Notes: generated from the letters alone by a model not told the origin. A stretch of DNA of 64,000 bases from Aquihabitans sp. (GCA_025353965.1 JANXNS010000003.1:10776-74775), one strand, 5' to 3'. Positions 30,645-40,457 are shown, counted from the first letter of the stretch. A program made the numbers and translations.

Positions 30645-31175
30645 ATGATCGGCTATGAACCTGACGAGCGGGCGGCCGATCCTTCGCTCGGCCAACGGAT
30701 GTTGGACCTGATCCTCTCCGTCGGCGACGAGACGATCCAGGCCGACCTGGACGCGACGGTCGCCGCTCTCGAGATCCCCGCCGACGAGCCTCTCGGAGTA
30801 ATCGGTTTCTATCTCGGGGCGCGAGCCGTGTTCCGAACGCTCATGCGGTTCCCGACACAGTTTGTCGTTGGTTCGATGTTGCACCCGTCGTTCCTCGTCG
30901 ACGAAACATCCGAGTCGCCTCACCTCACCGCTCCTTCGCTCGCGCAGCCGCTCTACATCGGTATCGGGACCGCCGACAAGATGCAATCGATTGCCATGCA
31001 CCAAAGGTTCTTCGACGCGGTGGAGCCGTTACCGGGTGAGGAGGTTGAGATCTTCGAGGGAGCCGACCACGGCTACACGTGGCCGGGCTGGTCGACGTAT
31101 CACCAGGCCGCATCGGACGGATCGTTCGCCAAGACCAAAGCCCTTTTTGCCCAACGCCTCGGCGCTCCGCTGTAA
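30645..31175 (+). pseudogene. 5'-truncated dienelactone hydrolase family gene
   Basis: GVIGFYLGAR (Tyr where GxCxG has the catalytic Cys), GADHGY; N-terminal part missing. Confidence 0.65.
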
Positions 31176-31207
31176 ACGGCGACCGAAGTCTCTGATCTAA
31201 GGCCCCG

Positions 31208-31257
31208 GCTTCTGACACGAGAGCGTTGCAAAACTGAACGGCTCCTGTGTCAGAAGC
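31208..31257. repeat. 11-bp perfect inverted repeat with 28-bp spacer
   Basis: GCTTCTGACAC (31208-31218) and GTGTCAGAAGC (31247-31257). Confidence 0.75.
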
Positions 31258-31305
31258 GTTCAGGGCCAGCCCCTCAGGAACCCCAGACGCTGCTGTGGTG
31301 AGGGT

Positions 31306-31745
31306 TCACCGGGCGAGCAGGTCTGCGGCTCTCGCCCAGGCTTCCGCCCGCTTGAGGTCGCCGTCGGCGCCTCGGAAGCCGCTCCACCAACCACGGTCGC
31401 CAGCCCAAAGCCCGGAGGCGACGCTGCGGGCGGTGCACCACGACGCGATCCTGGCGGCGTCAAGGCCAGTTGCCTCAGCGACGAGTCGGGTGCGGGCCGC
31501 CAGGTCTGCCGCACTCGGTACGACGGTGAGCCAATCGCCAACCTGGGTCAGCAAGGGCCACGGATCCCATGCCAGGTCGCCGTGGACGGGCTTCGGGTCA
31601 ATGGCGAGCCACTCGGTGGGCGCGTCGGCAGCGGTGGATGGGGAGTGCGTTTGGCGGAGGATGTTGCCGGGGTTGAGGTCGCCGTGGGCCAGGCCGCAAC
31701 GCTCGGCGCTCCTGGGGAGCGTGCGGAGCAGGTCTACGGCGGGCT
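31306..31745 (-). pseudogene. C-terminal fragment of an APH(6)/streptomycin-6-kinase-like phosphotransferase
   Basis: LAHGDLNPGNIL, WLAIDPKPVHGDLAWD; no N-lobe upstream; boundary approximate. Confidence 0.68.
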
Positions 31746-31749
31746 CAGC

Positions 31750-32863
31750 GCCTGACGTCGACGAGGGACTGGCCTTGGTTCGCGCTCGCCTCGCCGAACA
31801 CCCCGGCGCGCACGTTGTTGGGGCCAGACGGTGGCGGCGGCCGATACTGGTGGCTGCGGCAAGCCTTGTCCTTGTGGGGGCTGCCGCCGCGGTCATCGGT
31901 CGAAATGACGGGTCCACGATCGTCAGCACCGGCGGCGGGAATACCACGGCCTCGCTGTCGGACCCGGTGACGTTTGAGGTGTTGCGGATGGCCTCCTCGG
32001 ACGGTCAGCCCATGGGCACCCTCCGCGCCGCGACCTATCAGAATGCGTTGGACCGTCTCTGGGCCGACACCGGGACGAAAGGCCCTCCCCCGACCGTCGA
32101 CCTCGCCAAGCAGGTGGTCGTCAGCATCACCATCCCCGACGATGCCTGCCCGCCCAAGCTGGATGGCTTCGACAGACGCGGTACCGCCCTCGAACCACGC
32201 TTCGTCGAGCCCACGACTGTTTGCGAAAAACCCCTCACTCAAAGAACCTTCGTGGTCGCTATGGACTGGGCGTCCACCGGTCCCAGCTTCCGCCTGTTCT
32301 TGCCCGGCCAGCCCGTTTACGATTTTGGCGACACCTCTCTGGTCGTGACTCGCCCCGTCACGTCGCCCGCGCTCGAGGATCCAGGGGCCACCGCGCCCTC
32401 GACCACTACCCCCGATCCCACGGACTGCCATGGCCCGTCTGGCTCAGCGACGGACCTCAAAGGGCAACCAAACTGGAAGGGCTTTGCCGCTCGCCATTGG
32501 ACGGACCGCTCGGGGTGTCTGGTGCGCGTCGATGTCTTGGTGGATATGCCCGGACCCGCGCACTGCGGCTATGAGGATGCTGACGTCCTATCGATGGCTG
32601 GCAATTTGGGTGATCGGTATGGAACGGCTGGCGAGCCGGGGATCGCGTACGTCCGGGATCCGGCGGGGGTGTTCGGACTACCCGCTGTCACCGCTGCGTT
32701 CGAGCCCGACGCCAAGCTCCCCGAGTCGGCGGTCGACACCGGTTACCGCCGTGACGGCATCCGGCTTCATATCGACCCAGCCGACGCGAGCGCCGTCTGG
32801 CTCGCCTATCCCGACGGCCACGTCGAGCTCTGGCCACTCGCCGACCTGCCACTCTGCATGTGA
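31750..32863 (+). pseudogene. 5'-truncated membrane-anchored extracytoplasmic protein (ECF-partner-like)
   Basis: PDVDEGLALVRAR, basic patch, TM segment ILVAAASLVLVGAAAAVIG, Cys-containing ectodomain; no start codon or cognate sigma gene upstream. Confidence 0.55.
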
Positions 32864-33291
32864 TCACTGATGTGCTGAGCGACGTCCGGCATCACCTGAT
32901 CGAGCAGAGCCACGCAATCCTGATAACCGGCGAGCCCAAGTTCGTAGGGGTCCGGAATGCCGCCGTGGTCCGCGTTGGCGACCAGCACGCTCGCCGTGCC
33001 AGCGCCCAAGGCGGAACGGATCTCGTCGGCCTCGTCGTGGCCAACGCAAACGATCCATTGGTACTGGTTTAGATCCAGTTCGCCGATCCAGCGGCTGCGA
33101 TGGCCGCTCAGATCGACGCCCCGTTCGTGCATGCACGCGACCGAACGAGCATTGGCGGGACGGCCCGCCAACTCCTTGCTCATGCCAGCGCTTTCGACCA
33201 GGAAGGCGGTACCGAGGTGCTGCTGGAGCACCGACTGCATTATCGGGCTACGGCTGATGTTGCCAACGCAGACGCAGAGAACCCGTTCCAT
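32806..33291 (-). CDS. low-molecular-weight phosphotyrosine phosphatase / ArsC-like protein
   Basis: VLCVCVGNISRS P-loop, VESAG, IPDPY. Confidence 0.85.
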   Translation of the reverse strand: MERVLCVCVGNISRSPIMQSVLQQHLGTAFLVESAGMSKELAGRPANARSVACMHERGVDLSGHRSRWIGELDLNQYQWIVCVGHDEADEIRSALGAGTASVLVANADHGGIPDPYELGLAGYQDCVALLDQVMPDVAQHISDHMQSGRSASGQSSTWPSG

Positions 33292-33320
33292 CCGGCCGAC
33301 GCTAGGCCTCGCCGGTTGGT

Positions 33321-33971
33321 TCAACCGGGTGCGCTTTGGGACGATCCGCTGGAGACGCCCAGGACCACCGCCCCGGCCCGTTGATAGGCGCCAAGGTCGA
33401 AGTCAGGGTCCTTGACATCTTCAACGGTGAGCCAGCCGACTCCAGCAGCCCAATAGCCAATGACCGTGGTTCCGTCCCCCGGTGGATACACGGGCAGCGG
33501 CCGGACCTCTGCTTCGCGGGAGTTGAGCAGCGCCGCGTCTACCCGCCCGTACTCGCAGTTGGCTCCGCCGCCGACGAGGACCTGATCAGTTTTGTTCTCG
33601 GCGGTCGTGGGTGGCGCAGGGAGCTTGTCCTGGCTGCAGTTCTTCACTGCAGCTGCCTGCCGCTCCTGGAGTTTCTTCACCAGCGCAGCGTCGACACTGT
33701 TGTCTTTCTGGGCGGGAACCTCAGTCCCAGCCCCACGTCCGGTGGCGACATCTGTTGTATCCGCAGGGTGATTGCGAAGTGCGGCTAATCCACCTGCGGT
33801 CGCAAGGGCGAGCACGATGCCTGCTGCAGCAAGTGCCCACGGGCCACGGGTGCGGCGCTGCGTTGGTCCGGGTGCTGGTGTGAGGATGTCGTCCAGCCGT
33901 GGAGCAGCGCCAGCTTCGTCAGCAAGGGCGTGGAATCCATCTCGAAGTCGGGAATCGAGATCGTCCGTCAT
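33321..33971 (-). CDS. membrane-anchored protein downstream of ECF sigma (putative anti-sigma/partner)
   Basis: DDLDSRLRDGFHALADE N-terminus, single TM segment; 4-bp overlap with the sigma gene. Confidence 0.6.
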   Translation of the reverse strand: MTDDLDSRLRDGFHALADEAGAAPRLDDILTPAPGPTQRRTRGPWALAAAGIVLALATAGGLAALRNHPADTTDVATGRGAGTEVPAQKDNSVDAALVKKLQERQAAAVKNCSQDKLPAPPTTAENKTDQVLVGGGANCEYGRVDAALLNSREAEVRPLPVYPPGDGTTVIGYWAAGVGWLTVEDVKDPDFDLGAYQRAGAVVLGVSSGSSQSAPG

Positions 33972-34450
33972 TGGAGCTCCGTTCGTAGGTTGGCGCGTGC
34001 TCGAGCGAGGTGCTTGCGAACTGTTCCTTCGGCGATGCCGAGTTCGTCGGCGACGCCCGCCGGAGTCAGATCGGACCAATAGGTGAGGAACGTGACTGCT
34101 CGTTGCTGCATGGGAAGGGCAGCGAGCGCCGCAAGGAGCTCGGGAACTGGGTCAGGGTCATGAGCGACGGTGCGGCTGGCGGCGAAGCGTCGCTCTCGCG
34201 CCTCCCGACGCATAGCGGAGCGATAGGAAGCCTTCGCTTCGTTGACGACGGCGCGCGTGAGGTAGGCGCCGTGATTCTGGACCTGGCTCCACCCGTGGCT
34301 GTTCATCGCTCGAAGGACAGCATCGGCAACCACGTCCTCCGCGTTTGATGGGCCGACGAGCGCCGCTGCGAGCGCCATAAGTCGCGACGCGTGCGCCTCG
34401 TACGTCGAGGCCGCGAGCGCCTTCGCCTCGGGCGGGTCCTGGGTCATCAC
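33968..34450 (-). CDS. ECF RNA polymerase sigma factor (sigma70 ECF)
   Basis: AEDVVADA, AYLTRAVVN, LP.QQRAV, A.ELGIAEGTVRKHLARAR. Confidence 0.9.
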   Translation of the reverse strand: MMTQDPPEAKALAASTYEAHASRLMALAAALVGPSNAEDVVADAVLRAMNSHGWSQVQNHGAYLTRAVVNEAKASYRSAMRREARERRFAASRTVAHDPDPVPELLAALAALPMQQRAVTFLTYWSDLTPAGVADELGIAEGTVRKHLARARANLRTELQ

Positions 34451-34554
34451 GACCAGTAGACGACGCCGAGGCCCCCTCCGGGTGTCACCGCACGGAGAAA
34501 AGTGTCGGTTCAGTCAGACTGGGCAACTCTTCCACCGCGTGTCAGCCTCTGGGG

Positions 34555-35298
34555 GTGGACGAGGACGTGGAGGAACTGCACGGGGGTGTTGCGAACGCGG
34601 GCGCAGTGATCCGCGAGGGCGCCTTCGTGCTCAGGCCGGGGAACGAGCACTCAACATCCATCCTGCAGTTCCTGTTCGAACTCGAGGTGGCGGGCTTCGC
34701 GGCGGCTCCCATCCCGGTAGGGCTCGAGCCAGATGGTCGCGAACGTCTCCGCTTCATCCCCGGCGATGTGGCCATCCCGCCGTACCCGGACTGGGTGCAG
34801 GCCGACGATGCGCTGACCTCGGTCGCCGTCCTGCTGCGGTCGATGCACGACGCGTCAGAACGGATCGACACGAAAGCGATGACCTGGGGCTCCGATATGG
34901 CGGACTCGGCGGGCGGCGCTGTGGTCTGCCACAACGACGTTTGCCTGGAGAACGTCGTCTTTCGTGATGGCCGTGCGGTCGCGCTCCTCGATTTCGACTT
35001 TGCAGCTCCCGGTCGGCGCACCTTTGACCTTGCCGCATTCGCCCGCATGTGCGTCCCGGTCGACGACGACGTCAGCTCGGCCAACCTGGGATGGCTTCCA
35101 TCCGATCGCCCGCGCCGGCTGCGCCTGCTGTGCGATGCCTACGGGCTCGTCCCCGAGGAACGGGCGGAGGTCCTTCGCTGTCTGGACGAGTCGATCGAGC
35201 GCGGCGGCGAGTTCGTCCGGCGACGGGCGATGGTGGGCGGCCAACCGAACGTCATTCGACGCGGCGCTCCGGTAGGCCGCTCGTGCCAGTGCCGTTGA
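34555..35298 (+). CDS. aminoglycoside phosphotransferase-family kinase
   Basis: VCHNDVCLENVVF and LLDFDFAAPG catalytic motifs. Confidence 0.82.
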   Translation: MDEDVEELHGGVANAGAVIREGAFVLRPGNEHSTSILQFLFELEVAGFAAAPIPVGLEPDGRERLRFIPGDVAIPPYPDWVQADDALTSVAVLLRSMHDASERIDTKAMTWGSDMADSAGGAVVCHNDVCLENVVFRDGRAVALLDFDFAAPGRRTFDLAAFARMCVPVDDDVSSANLGWLPSDRPRRLRLLCDAYGLVPEERAEVLRCLDESIERGGEFVRRRAMVGGQPNVIRRGAPVGRSCQCR

Positions 35299-35403
35299 TC
35301 GCCACCCCGCCGAACGCCGTCAGGTGCGCGGCGTTGCGAGGGCTCGGGCCAGGGCGAAAGCGATCTCGCCGGCAGGGACCCCGAGGCGGCGGGCGTCGGT
35401 CAC

Positions 35404-35700
35404 CTAGGCGTCGGCCACTGCCTTGAGCTGGCGCGTGGAGGCGGCTCCCGCGTCGACGGGCTTGCTCTCCCGGACGAAGGTTCCTTTTCGGCCCCGGGTC
35501 TCGATGGCGCCGTCGGCCTCTAGCTCCCGATAGGCGCGTGCGACCGTGTTTGTTGCCAGGTCGAGGTCGGCGGCGAGCTGGCGGATCGTCGGCAGTCGGG
35601 TGGAGGGGAGCAGGGTGCTGGCGGCGATGGCAGCCAGCACCTGGATCCGGATCTGCTGGTACGGCGGCTCACGGTCGGCGGGATCGACGGCGATGATCAT
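35404..35700 (-). CDS. GntR family regulator (YtrA-like)
   Basis: PPYQQI, LPTIRQLAADL, NTVARAYRELE, GRKGTFV. Confidence 0.9.
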   Translation of the reverse strand: MIIAVDPADREPPYQQIRIQVLAAIAASTLLPSTRLPTIRQLAADLDLATNTVARAYRELEADGAIETRGRKGTFVRESKPVDAGAASTRQLKAVADA

Positions 35701-36557
35701 GCCGGCACTGCCACTGACTGCTGCAGGTAGCGCCGCCGGTACCCCCAGGTCTCCTGGCGCACAATGAGGGCCAGCACGCCGATCGAGGCCCACTGGAGGA
35801 CGAGCATCCAGGGGACCAGCAGCCAAGCCCAGGCCCCCGTCTCCGCTGGGACCGACGCCGCCGCCGCCACCCCAGCGGCGACCATCGCGGCGAGCAGCTC
35901 GGCCCCGACCGTCATGGAGACGGCGGCGGCCTTCAGCCCTTCGTCAGCGGCGAGAAGGTCGGGGTCGGTCTCTCGCTGGGGCCGCTCGACGATTCGCCGA
36001 GCAGCGATCTTGGCCAGTACCGACACCGTGAGTACGAGCGCCAGCGTGAGCGGGAGGCTGTAAGTGAGCCGCCGAGCATCGTCGACCACAGTGACCCGTA
36101 TCACCACACATGCCACGGCGATCGCGAACAGACTGAGCGACAGCGTGCGCACCCAGTTGGGTCGGTAGTCGCGGACCAGCCGGGGGACGAGCGCCGCGTG
36201 GCGCACCCCGTCGGGCCGGGTCAGCGGTCCGGTCAGCTCGGCGAGCAGCCCACCGCAGATGTAGGCGGCGAAGGCGATGGCTGGCGTGGCCAGGGCCGGG
36301 GGGAAGTCGGCGTCGACGACCCGGATGAAGGCGAGCCACCAGAACGGCAGCGACGCCACCGACCGGTAGCGGCGGACGCGGGCTAGGTGCGATCGGATTT
36401 GTTCCTCGTTGGCCGGTGTGATGGTGACGTCACACGCTTTGCCCCAGCGATTGACCTGACGCCGGTTCGGCGACCAAAAGGCCAGGATCGTGAACAGTGC
36501 CGGCACCACGATGCCTGGCACTACGAACCAGAAGACGCTCGCCATGTCCGTATCCAT
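35697..36557 (-). CDS. integral membrane protein co-transcribed with GntR
   Basis: Multiple hydrophobic segments; 4-bp overlap with the GntR gene. Confidence 0.7.
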   Translation of the reverse strand: MDTDMASVFWFVVPGIVVPALFTILAFWSPNRRQVNRWGKACDVTITPANEEQIRSHLARVRRYRSVASLPFWWLAFIRVVDADFPPALATPAIAFAAYICGGLLAELTGPLTRPDGVRHAALVPRLVRDYRPNWVRTLSLSLFAIAVACVVIRVTVVDDARRLTYSLPLTLALVLTVSVLAKIAARRIVERPQRETDPDLLAADEGLKAAAVSMTVGAELLAAMVAAGVAAAASVPAETGAWAWLLVPWMLVLQWASIGVLALIVRQETWGYRRRYLQQSVAVPA

Positions 36558-36569
36558 CCCGCTCCGGCC

Positions 36570-36594
36570 TTTGTAGCAACTGTTGTGCTACAAA
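36570..36594. promoter_or_regulatory. probable GntR operator
   Basis: TTTGTAGCA-N7-TGCTACAAA, a perfect 9-bp dyad 13 nt upstream of the membrane gene. Confidence 0.65.
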
Positions 36595-36619
36595 ATACAC
36601 GAAGCTGTCGGGTCTCCGC

Positions 36620-37117
36620 TCAGTTCGAATGGTTCGCGTATCGGACCATCGTCCAAGACGTTCCGTGCTTCTTGATCGTCACGAAGCCGGAGGACTCGTA
36701 CAGTCGACGCGCCGGATTGGCCTCGCGGACGCTGAGACTTATCGCTGGGTATCCCTGGGCAAGGCTGGCATCGAGGAGGCCGACGAGGAGCCGTCGTCCT
36801 ATTCCTTGGCCGCGACGGGAAGCGATGACGGCGATCGCCAGCTCGGGGACGTCCTCTGCGACGAAGCCATAGCCATGGCTCGCCTCGGTGAATGTGCGAT
36901 ACCAGGCCGCCCCCAACGATCCGTCTTGCTCGGCTATCAGCCCGTGGTCGCCTGGCCTCGGCCAACCGGCGAGGTACATCGCGTAGCGCGGATCTGCCAT
37001 CACCTCGTCTCCGGATGGCGTCGGCTTGTCCGGGCGCCACACGGCGGATTCACCCAGCATCGTGGCAACGAAGGGAACATCCTCGACATTGGCCGGACGG
37101 ATGCGAAGGTCTCCCAC
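36620..37117 (-). CDS. GNAT family N-acetyltransferase
   Basis: PELAIAV...RRGQGIGRRLL, ISLSV..NPARRLYE. Confidence 0.9.
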   Translation of the reverse strand: MGDLRIRPANVEDVPFVATMLGESAVWRPDKPTPSGDEVMADPRYAMYLAGWPRPGDHGLIAEQDGSLGAAWYRTFTEASHGYGFVAEDVPELAIAVIASRRGQGIGRRLLVGLLDASLAQGYPAISLSVREANPARRLYESSGFVTIKKHGTSWTMVRYANHSN

Positions 37118-37158
37118 ACCGCCCAGTCCAGCACCTCCGGCGAGGTATTGTCGGTGGG

Positions 37159-37386
37159 ATGCGACGGCAGGTGTGGGTGGTGACGTGCGCGGTCACGGCG
37201 TTGATCTTCGGACTGATGACCGTATGGGTTGTCGGGCTGAACTTGAACGACGTCGGACGCCGCCCCTTCGTTCTCCTGCCCATGGCGGCGTACGGATGGG
37301 CCTGCTTCATGTCGGTCCGTGAGCTCCGTCGTGGGATTCGTGCTCAGCGCTCCCCACATCAGGCCCCGGCGGTGAGCGTCTCCTAA
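37159..37386 (+). CDS. small two-TM hypothetical protein
   Basis: Two hydrophobic segments; its TAA stop lies inside a copy of the 17-bp site. Confidence 0.5.
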   Translation: MRRQVWVVTCAVTALIFGLMTVWVVGLNLNDVGRRPFVLLPMAAYGWACFMSVRELRRGIRAQRSPHQAPAVSVS

Positions 37387-37829
37387 CGCCGGGTTGCTGC
37401 TAGCCGTGGCGGTGGGGGGAGGCTGCTCAGGCGTTTGGACTCGATGCGATCGGTCAGGGCGAGCACCGCTGCTGCGCCCATGCATGCGGTTCCGGGGGCG
37501 ATGAAGATCCCGATGGTCAGCATGGCCGCCATGGTTGCCAAGCCGCTGATCCCGATGACCAGCGCGCCTCCCAAGAAACCCCCGAAGCGGATCAACACGA
37601 TGGCGACTGCGGCCACGATCAACGTTGCTAGAAGCACGCGCCCTGCCATAGCGGGGTTGTTCTTCAGCGCGGAGGCGGTTCGGTGGGTCTCGCTGATCAT
37701 GGCGCCGTCCGGGCCCACCGCGCGGGTTGAGATCTCGCCCCACCCCACCGATACCAGGAATGTGGCTGCCGCCAGCCATAGGACCGCGCCGAGCATGGAG
37801 AGCCAAAGGCTCCACCCTCTTAGGCTCAT
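37383..37829 (-). CDS. hypothetical membrane protein
   Basis: Hydrophobic segments; 4-bp overlap with the upstream TetR gene. Confidence 0.6.
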   Translation of the reverse strand: MSLRGWSLWLSMLGAVLWLAAATFLVSVGWGEISTRAVGPDGAMISETHRTASALKNNPAMAGRVLLATLIVAAVAIVLIRFGGFLGGALVIGISGLATMAAMLTIGIFIAPGTACMGAAAVLALTDRIESKRLSSLPPPPRLAATRR

Positions 37830-38425
37830 GAGGGAGTCCTTGCTGCTAGCAGCAGGAATAGGAACTGGCCGGCAACGGATTGGTGGTCTGCTCCGGGTGA
37901 TGGCTCGGGATCGAGCGCCGCCGACACGACCACCCCCTGTACGACCGCCACAATCAGTGACGCCATGGCAAAGGGTTCGACCCACGACGCCAGCTGTCCT
38001 GCAACAACTTGGCCTTCGATGTCTCTGGCCAGCCGGCCCCGCACATCATCCACCAGGTCCGCTAGACGAGTGCGTACTGCCGGATTGTGTGGCGCCATCG
38101 CCAATGCGGCCATGAGCGCTGGAACCCGCTGTTGGACAGTGGTGAACAAATCGTTGAGTAGCGCCACCGCATCGGTGGCACGACTGGCCGGCTCCTGCTC
38201 CGACCCCAATGCCGCCAGAACCGGTTGCACCAGATCCTCAACCTCGGCCACCAGCGCCTGGGCCAGGAGTTCGTCCTTTGAACCGAAGTGATAGCCAATC
38301 GAGGCCAGATTCGCATGTGCCCGGCCCGTCACCTCCCGCGCCGTTGCACTAGCCAAGCCCCGTTCGAGGATGACCTCACGGCTGGCCGCCAACAGATCGC
38401 TGCGAGTGTCGGGTTTCTGCGTCAC
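37826..38425 (-). CDS. TetR family transcriptional regulator
   Basis: HTH ATAREVTGRAHANLASIGYHFGSKDELL; start could be 38440. Confidence 0.88.
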   Translation of the reverse strand: MTQKPDTRSDLLAASREVILERGLASATAREVTGRAHANLASIGYHFGSKDELLAQALVAEVEDLVQPVLAALGSEQEPASRATDAVALLNDLFTTVQQRVPALMAALAMAPHNPAVRTRLADLVDDVRGRLARDIEGQVVAGQLASWVEPFAMASLIVAVVQGVVVSAALDPEPSPGADHQSVAGQFLFLLLAARTPS

Positions 38426-38432
38426 ATCCAAA

Positions 38433-38448
38433 TCATACATACGTATGA
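38433..38448. promoter_or_regulatory. probable TetR operator
   Basis: TCATAC-atac-GTATGA dyad directly upstream of the TetR gene. Confidence 0.5.
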
Positions 38449-38500
38449 CCGAATACTCGAATCGGCCCTGCATCGGTGGACTTTGAGGTTGAGGGTGGTC

Positions 38501-38545
38501 GAGAGCCCGCGGTCGGAATCGAACCGACGACCTGCCGCTTACAAG
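38501..38545. repeat. distal att site: 45-bp duplicate of the tRNA-Thr 3' half
   Basis: GAGAGCCCGCGGTCGGAATCGAACCGACGACCTGCCGCTTACAAG, identical to 53803-53847. Confidence 0.95.
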
Positions 38546-38651
38546 TTCAAGCGAGCCGATTCGCTCACCAGCGCCGAATCGCATGTGCCCAGGTCAGCGG
38601 GTACGGCGGTCGACCGTGATGGTCCGCCGCACACCCCAACAGCCCGCTCGA

Positions 38652-38671
38652 TGTCGCGCGGTTGTCGCGCA
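38652..38671 (+). repeat. putative integrase arm-type sites
   Basis: TGTCGCGCG and TGTCGCGCA with 11-bp period, resembling the TGTTGCACG repeats at 53715 and 53726. Confidence 0.55.
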
Positions 38672-38801
38672 GACCGCTGGGATTATCACCGTCTCCTACC
38701 GGCACACATCAGGGATACTGCCCTGCCCCAGCGACCGACCGCTCCGAACTCTGTGCTACCTCGGTAACCGGCGGCGGTGTTGGGTACGCAACAATCGACT
38801 C

Positions 38802-39209
38802 ATGCGAGATCGGCGGGGTCACAAAGGGGGTTCAGGGTTGAGTCGGTGGGACCGACGCAACCAGCGGAAGATGGACCGTGCCAACGAGTCCTTCGTTGAG
38901 GGGATGGCCATTAGCCGCATCGAACAGATTTCCGTCACGGCGGCCGACGGCACGGAGGTTCACGTTGAGGTTCTGCCGTCGTGGATGCCTCTTGGGCATT
39001 GGGATGAGTTGTTCCTAGTCGTCGGCCCTTGCAGCTGGCTCAGGGGACGGCTTCGCGGGTTCAACGGCTTCCAAGCGGTCGCCTGGCGCTACCGGCGAGG
39101 ACTCGGCGTGCTCCCGCACGTGCTGGAACGTCAGCGATGCATCAGCCGCGACGAAGCACGTCAGGTCGCGGCCCAACTCGCGCACAGGCTCGGCGTGGAA
39201 TCCCAGTAG
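38802..39209 (+). CDS. hypothetical protein (cassette-like unit)
   Basis: 135-aa ORF ending 14 nt before the site at 39223. Confidence 0.5.
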   Translation: MRDRRGHKGGSGLSRWDRRNQRKMDRANESFVEGMAISRIEQISVTAADGTEVHVEVLPSWMPLGHWDELFLVVGPCSWLRGRLRGFNGFQAVAWRYRRGLGVLPHVLERQRCISRDEARQVAAQLAHRLGVESQ

Positions 39210-39350
39210 CCAGCCGAAGCAACTGCCCCATACCGCCGGCTCGGGGTCACCGACCAGCACATCTGGGATAGCTCGTCGCAGCTCAGCGCACTCGCTATAC
39301 GCCGTCGCGGCGGCAAGCCATCTATGTTGATGTCTGACGAGGAGTAGCGC

Positions 39351-39536
39351 ATGGGACATGAGGCGGAAGACGCACCGCGGATCGCAGAGTCGGACCTTGA
39401 GCAGGCCGAGGTGCTCGAATCGGCTGGCATGCAGAACTCACTTGTTGTTGCAGGTCCCAGCGCCTTGTTGATGATCCCTGTGGCTTGGGTGCTCACGTCC
39501 GTTGGGCGGGTGGTTCGCCTGCTTTGGAACCGCTAG
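39351..39536 (+). CDS. small hypothetical membrane protein (cassette-like unit)
   Basis: GAGGAG RBS, C-terminal hydrophobic segment, stop 7 nt before the site at 39543. Confidence 0.5.
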   Translation: MGHEAEDAPRIAESDLEQAEVLESAGMQNSLVVAGPSALLMIPVAWVLTSVGRVVRLLWNR

Positions 39537-39872
39537 GTCCACTTGCCCCAGCACGCCCGACAGGGGCGCAGCTCCTCCCCGGCTCAGGCTGAGCCAGGGG
39601 CGCCGCCGCGGGCTGGGCTCTGAGCCCTCCTGCTCGATTCGCCATCGGCTTCTGGCTGAGCGGATCGCGTTGTCATCGCTCGCCCCGCCTCCGTACCAGC
39701 CGCTACGTCCCACCCCGCACCAGTGAGAGAACTCCGACGCATCCCGAACTGTTCGTGAGACCGTTCGCGCCTCCGGGCGATCGGGAGCATCCTGGTGGAG
39801 TTCCAGGTCGAAGCCCTGGCCCGCGAACCAGGCGACGATGTCCTCGATCGGTTCCTGCTCGGGCAGAGGCAT
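39438..39872 (-). CDS. hypothetical protein (cassette-like unit); C-terminus runs through the site at 39543
   Basis: Globular-looking N-terminal ~85 aa; tail overlaps the neighbouring ORF, so the true end is uncertain. Confidence 0.4.
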   Translation of the reverse strand: MPLPEQEPIEDIVAWFAGQGFDLELHQDAPDRPEARTVSRTVRDASEFSHWCGVGRSGWYGGGASDDNAIRSARSRWRIEQEGSEPSPRRRPWLSLSRGGAAPLSGVLGQVDLAVPKQANHPPNGREHPSHRDHQQGAGTCNNK

Positions 39873-39974
39873 CGCGAGACCCTGACATGTGTCCTCGCCA
39901 AGGGCGCCCCCAAACGCCGGGTCGTGGGCATGGTCGCCACAGCGCTCAGGAAGGGACAGTCAGGCGAGGCGGCA

Positions 39975-40301
39975 TCAGGCATCGTCGGACACGATGAGGG
40001 GGCGATTGGTTCGCCGGGTCCAGGGACCACGGCGGCGCACCAACACCTCTACGCCGGAACGAACATCGTGCTGGGCGCAAATGTCGTCGAGCAAACGGCT
40101 CCGGTCGGCGCAATCGGTCGCTACGACCTCCTGCACCACCGCTCCGGTGTCCGCGGCCAGCACGGTGATGCTCCAGCCGGATTCCAGGAGTTCGGCAAGT
40201 GCCGCGTTGCCTGTCTGTACCAGCGCAATCCCCAAAACGCCGATGACGCGTCTACGGGATGGCGGGATCTCTACCACGAGGAGGTCGACGGGATCACCCA
40301 T
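39975..40301 (-). CDS. hypothetical protein (cassette-like unit)
   Basis: GGAGGAGG RBS before MGDPVDLL; bounded by sites 39904 and 40406. Confidence 0.55.
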   Translation of the reverse strand: MGDPVDLLVVEIPPSRRRVIGVLGIALVQTGNAALAELLESGWSITVLAADTGAVVQEVVATDCADRSRLLDDICAQHDVRSGVEVLVRRRGPWTRRTNRPLIVSDDA

Positions 40302-40457
40302 GGCAGCGCCTCCTCCTCCATCTCGATGCGAAATAGGCTGAGAGGCCTGACCCGCCAACCATTGCACGTCTGCCCGAGATCTTAACGCCCGAAGTCCCGG
40401 CTCAGGTGCCCTACAACGCCGGCTCAGGGCGCAGGGATCGACCCAGACGCCTTCTCC

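Noticed and set aside
37977-37993. Additional copy of the 17-bp site (TCGACCC-ACGAC-GCCAG)
   Set aside because: Lies inside the TetR coding sequence and is a weak match; likely chance.
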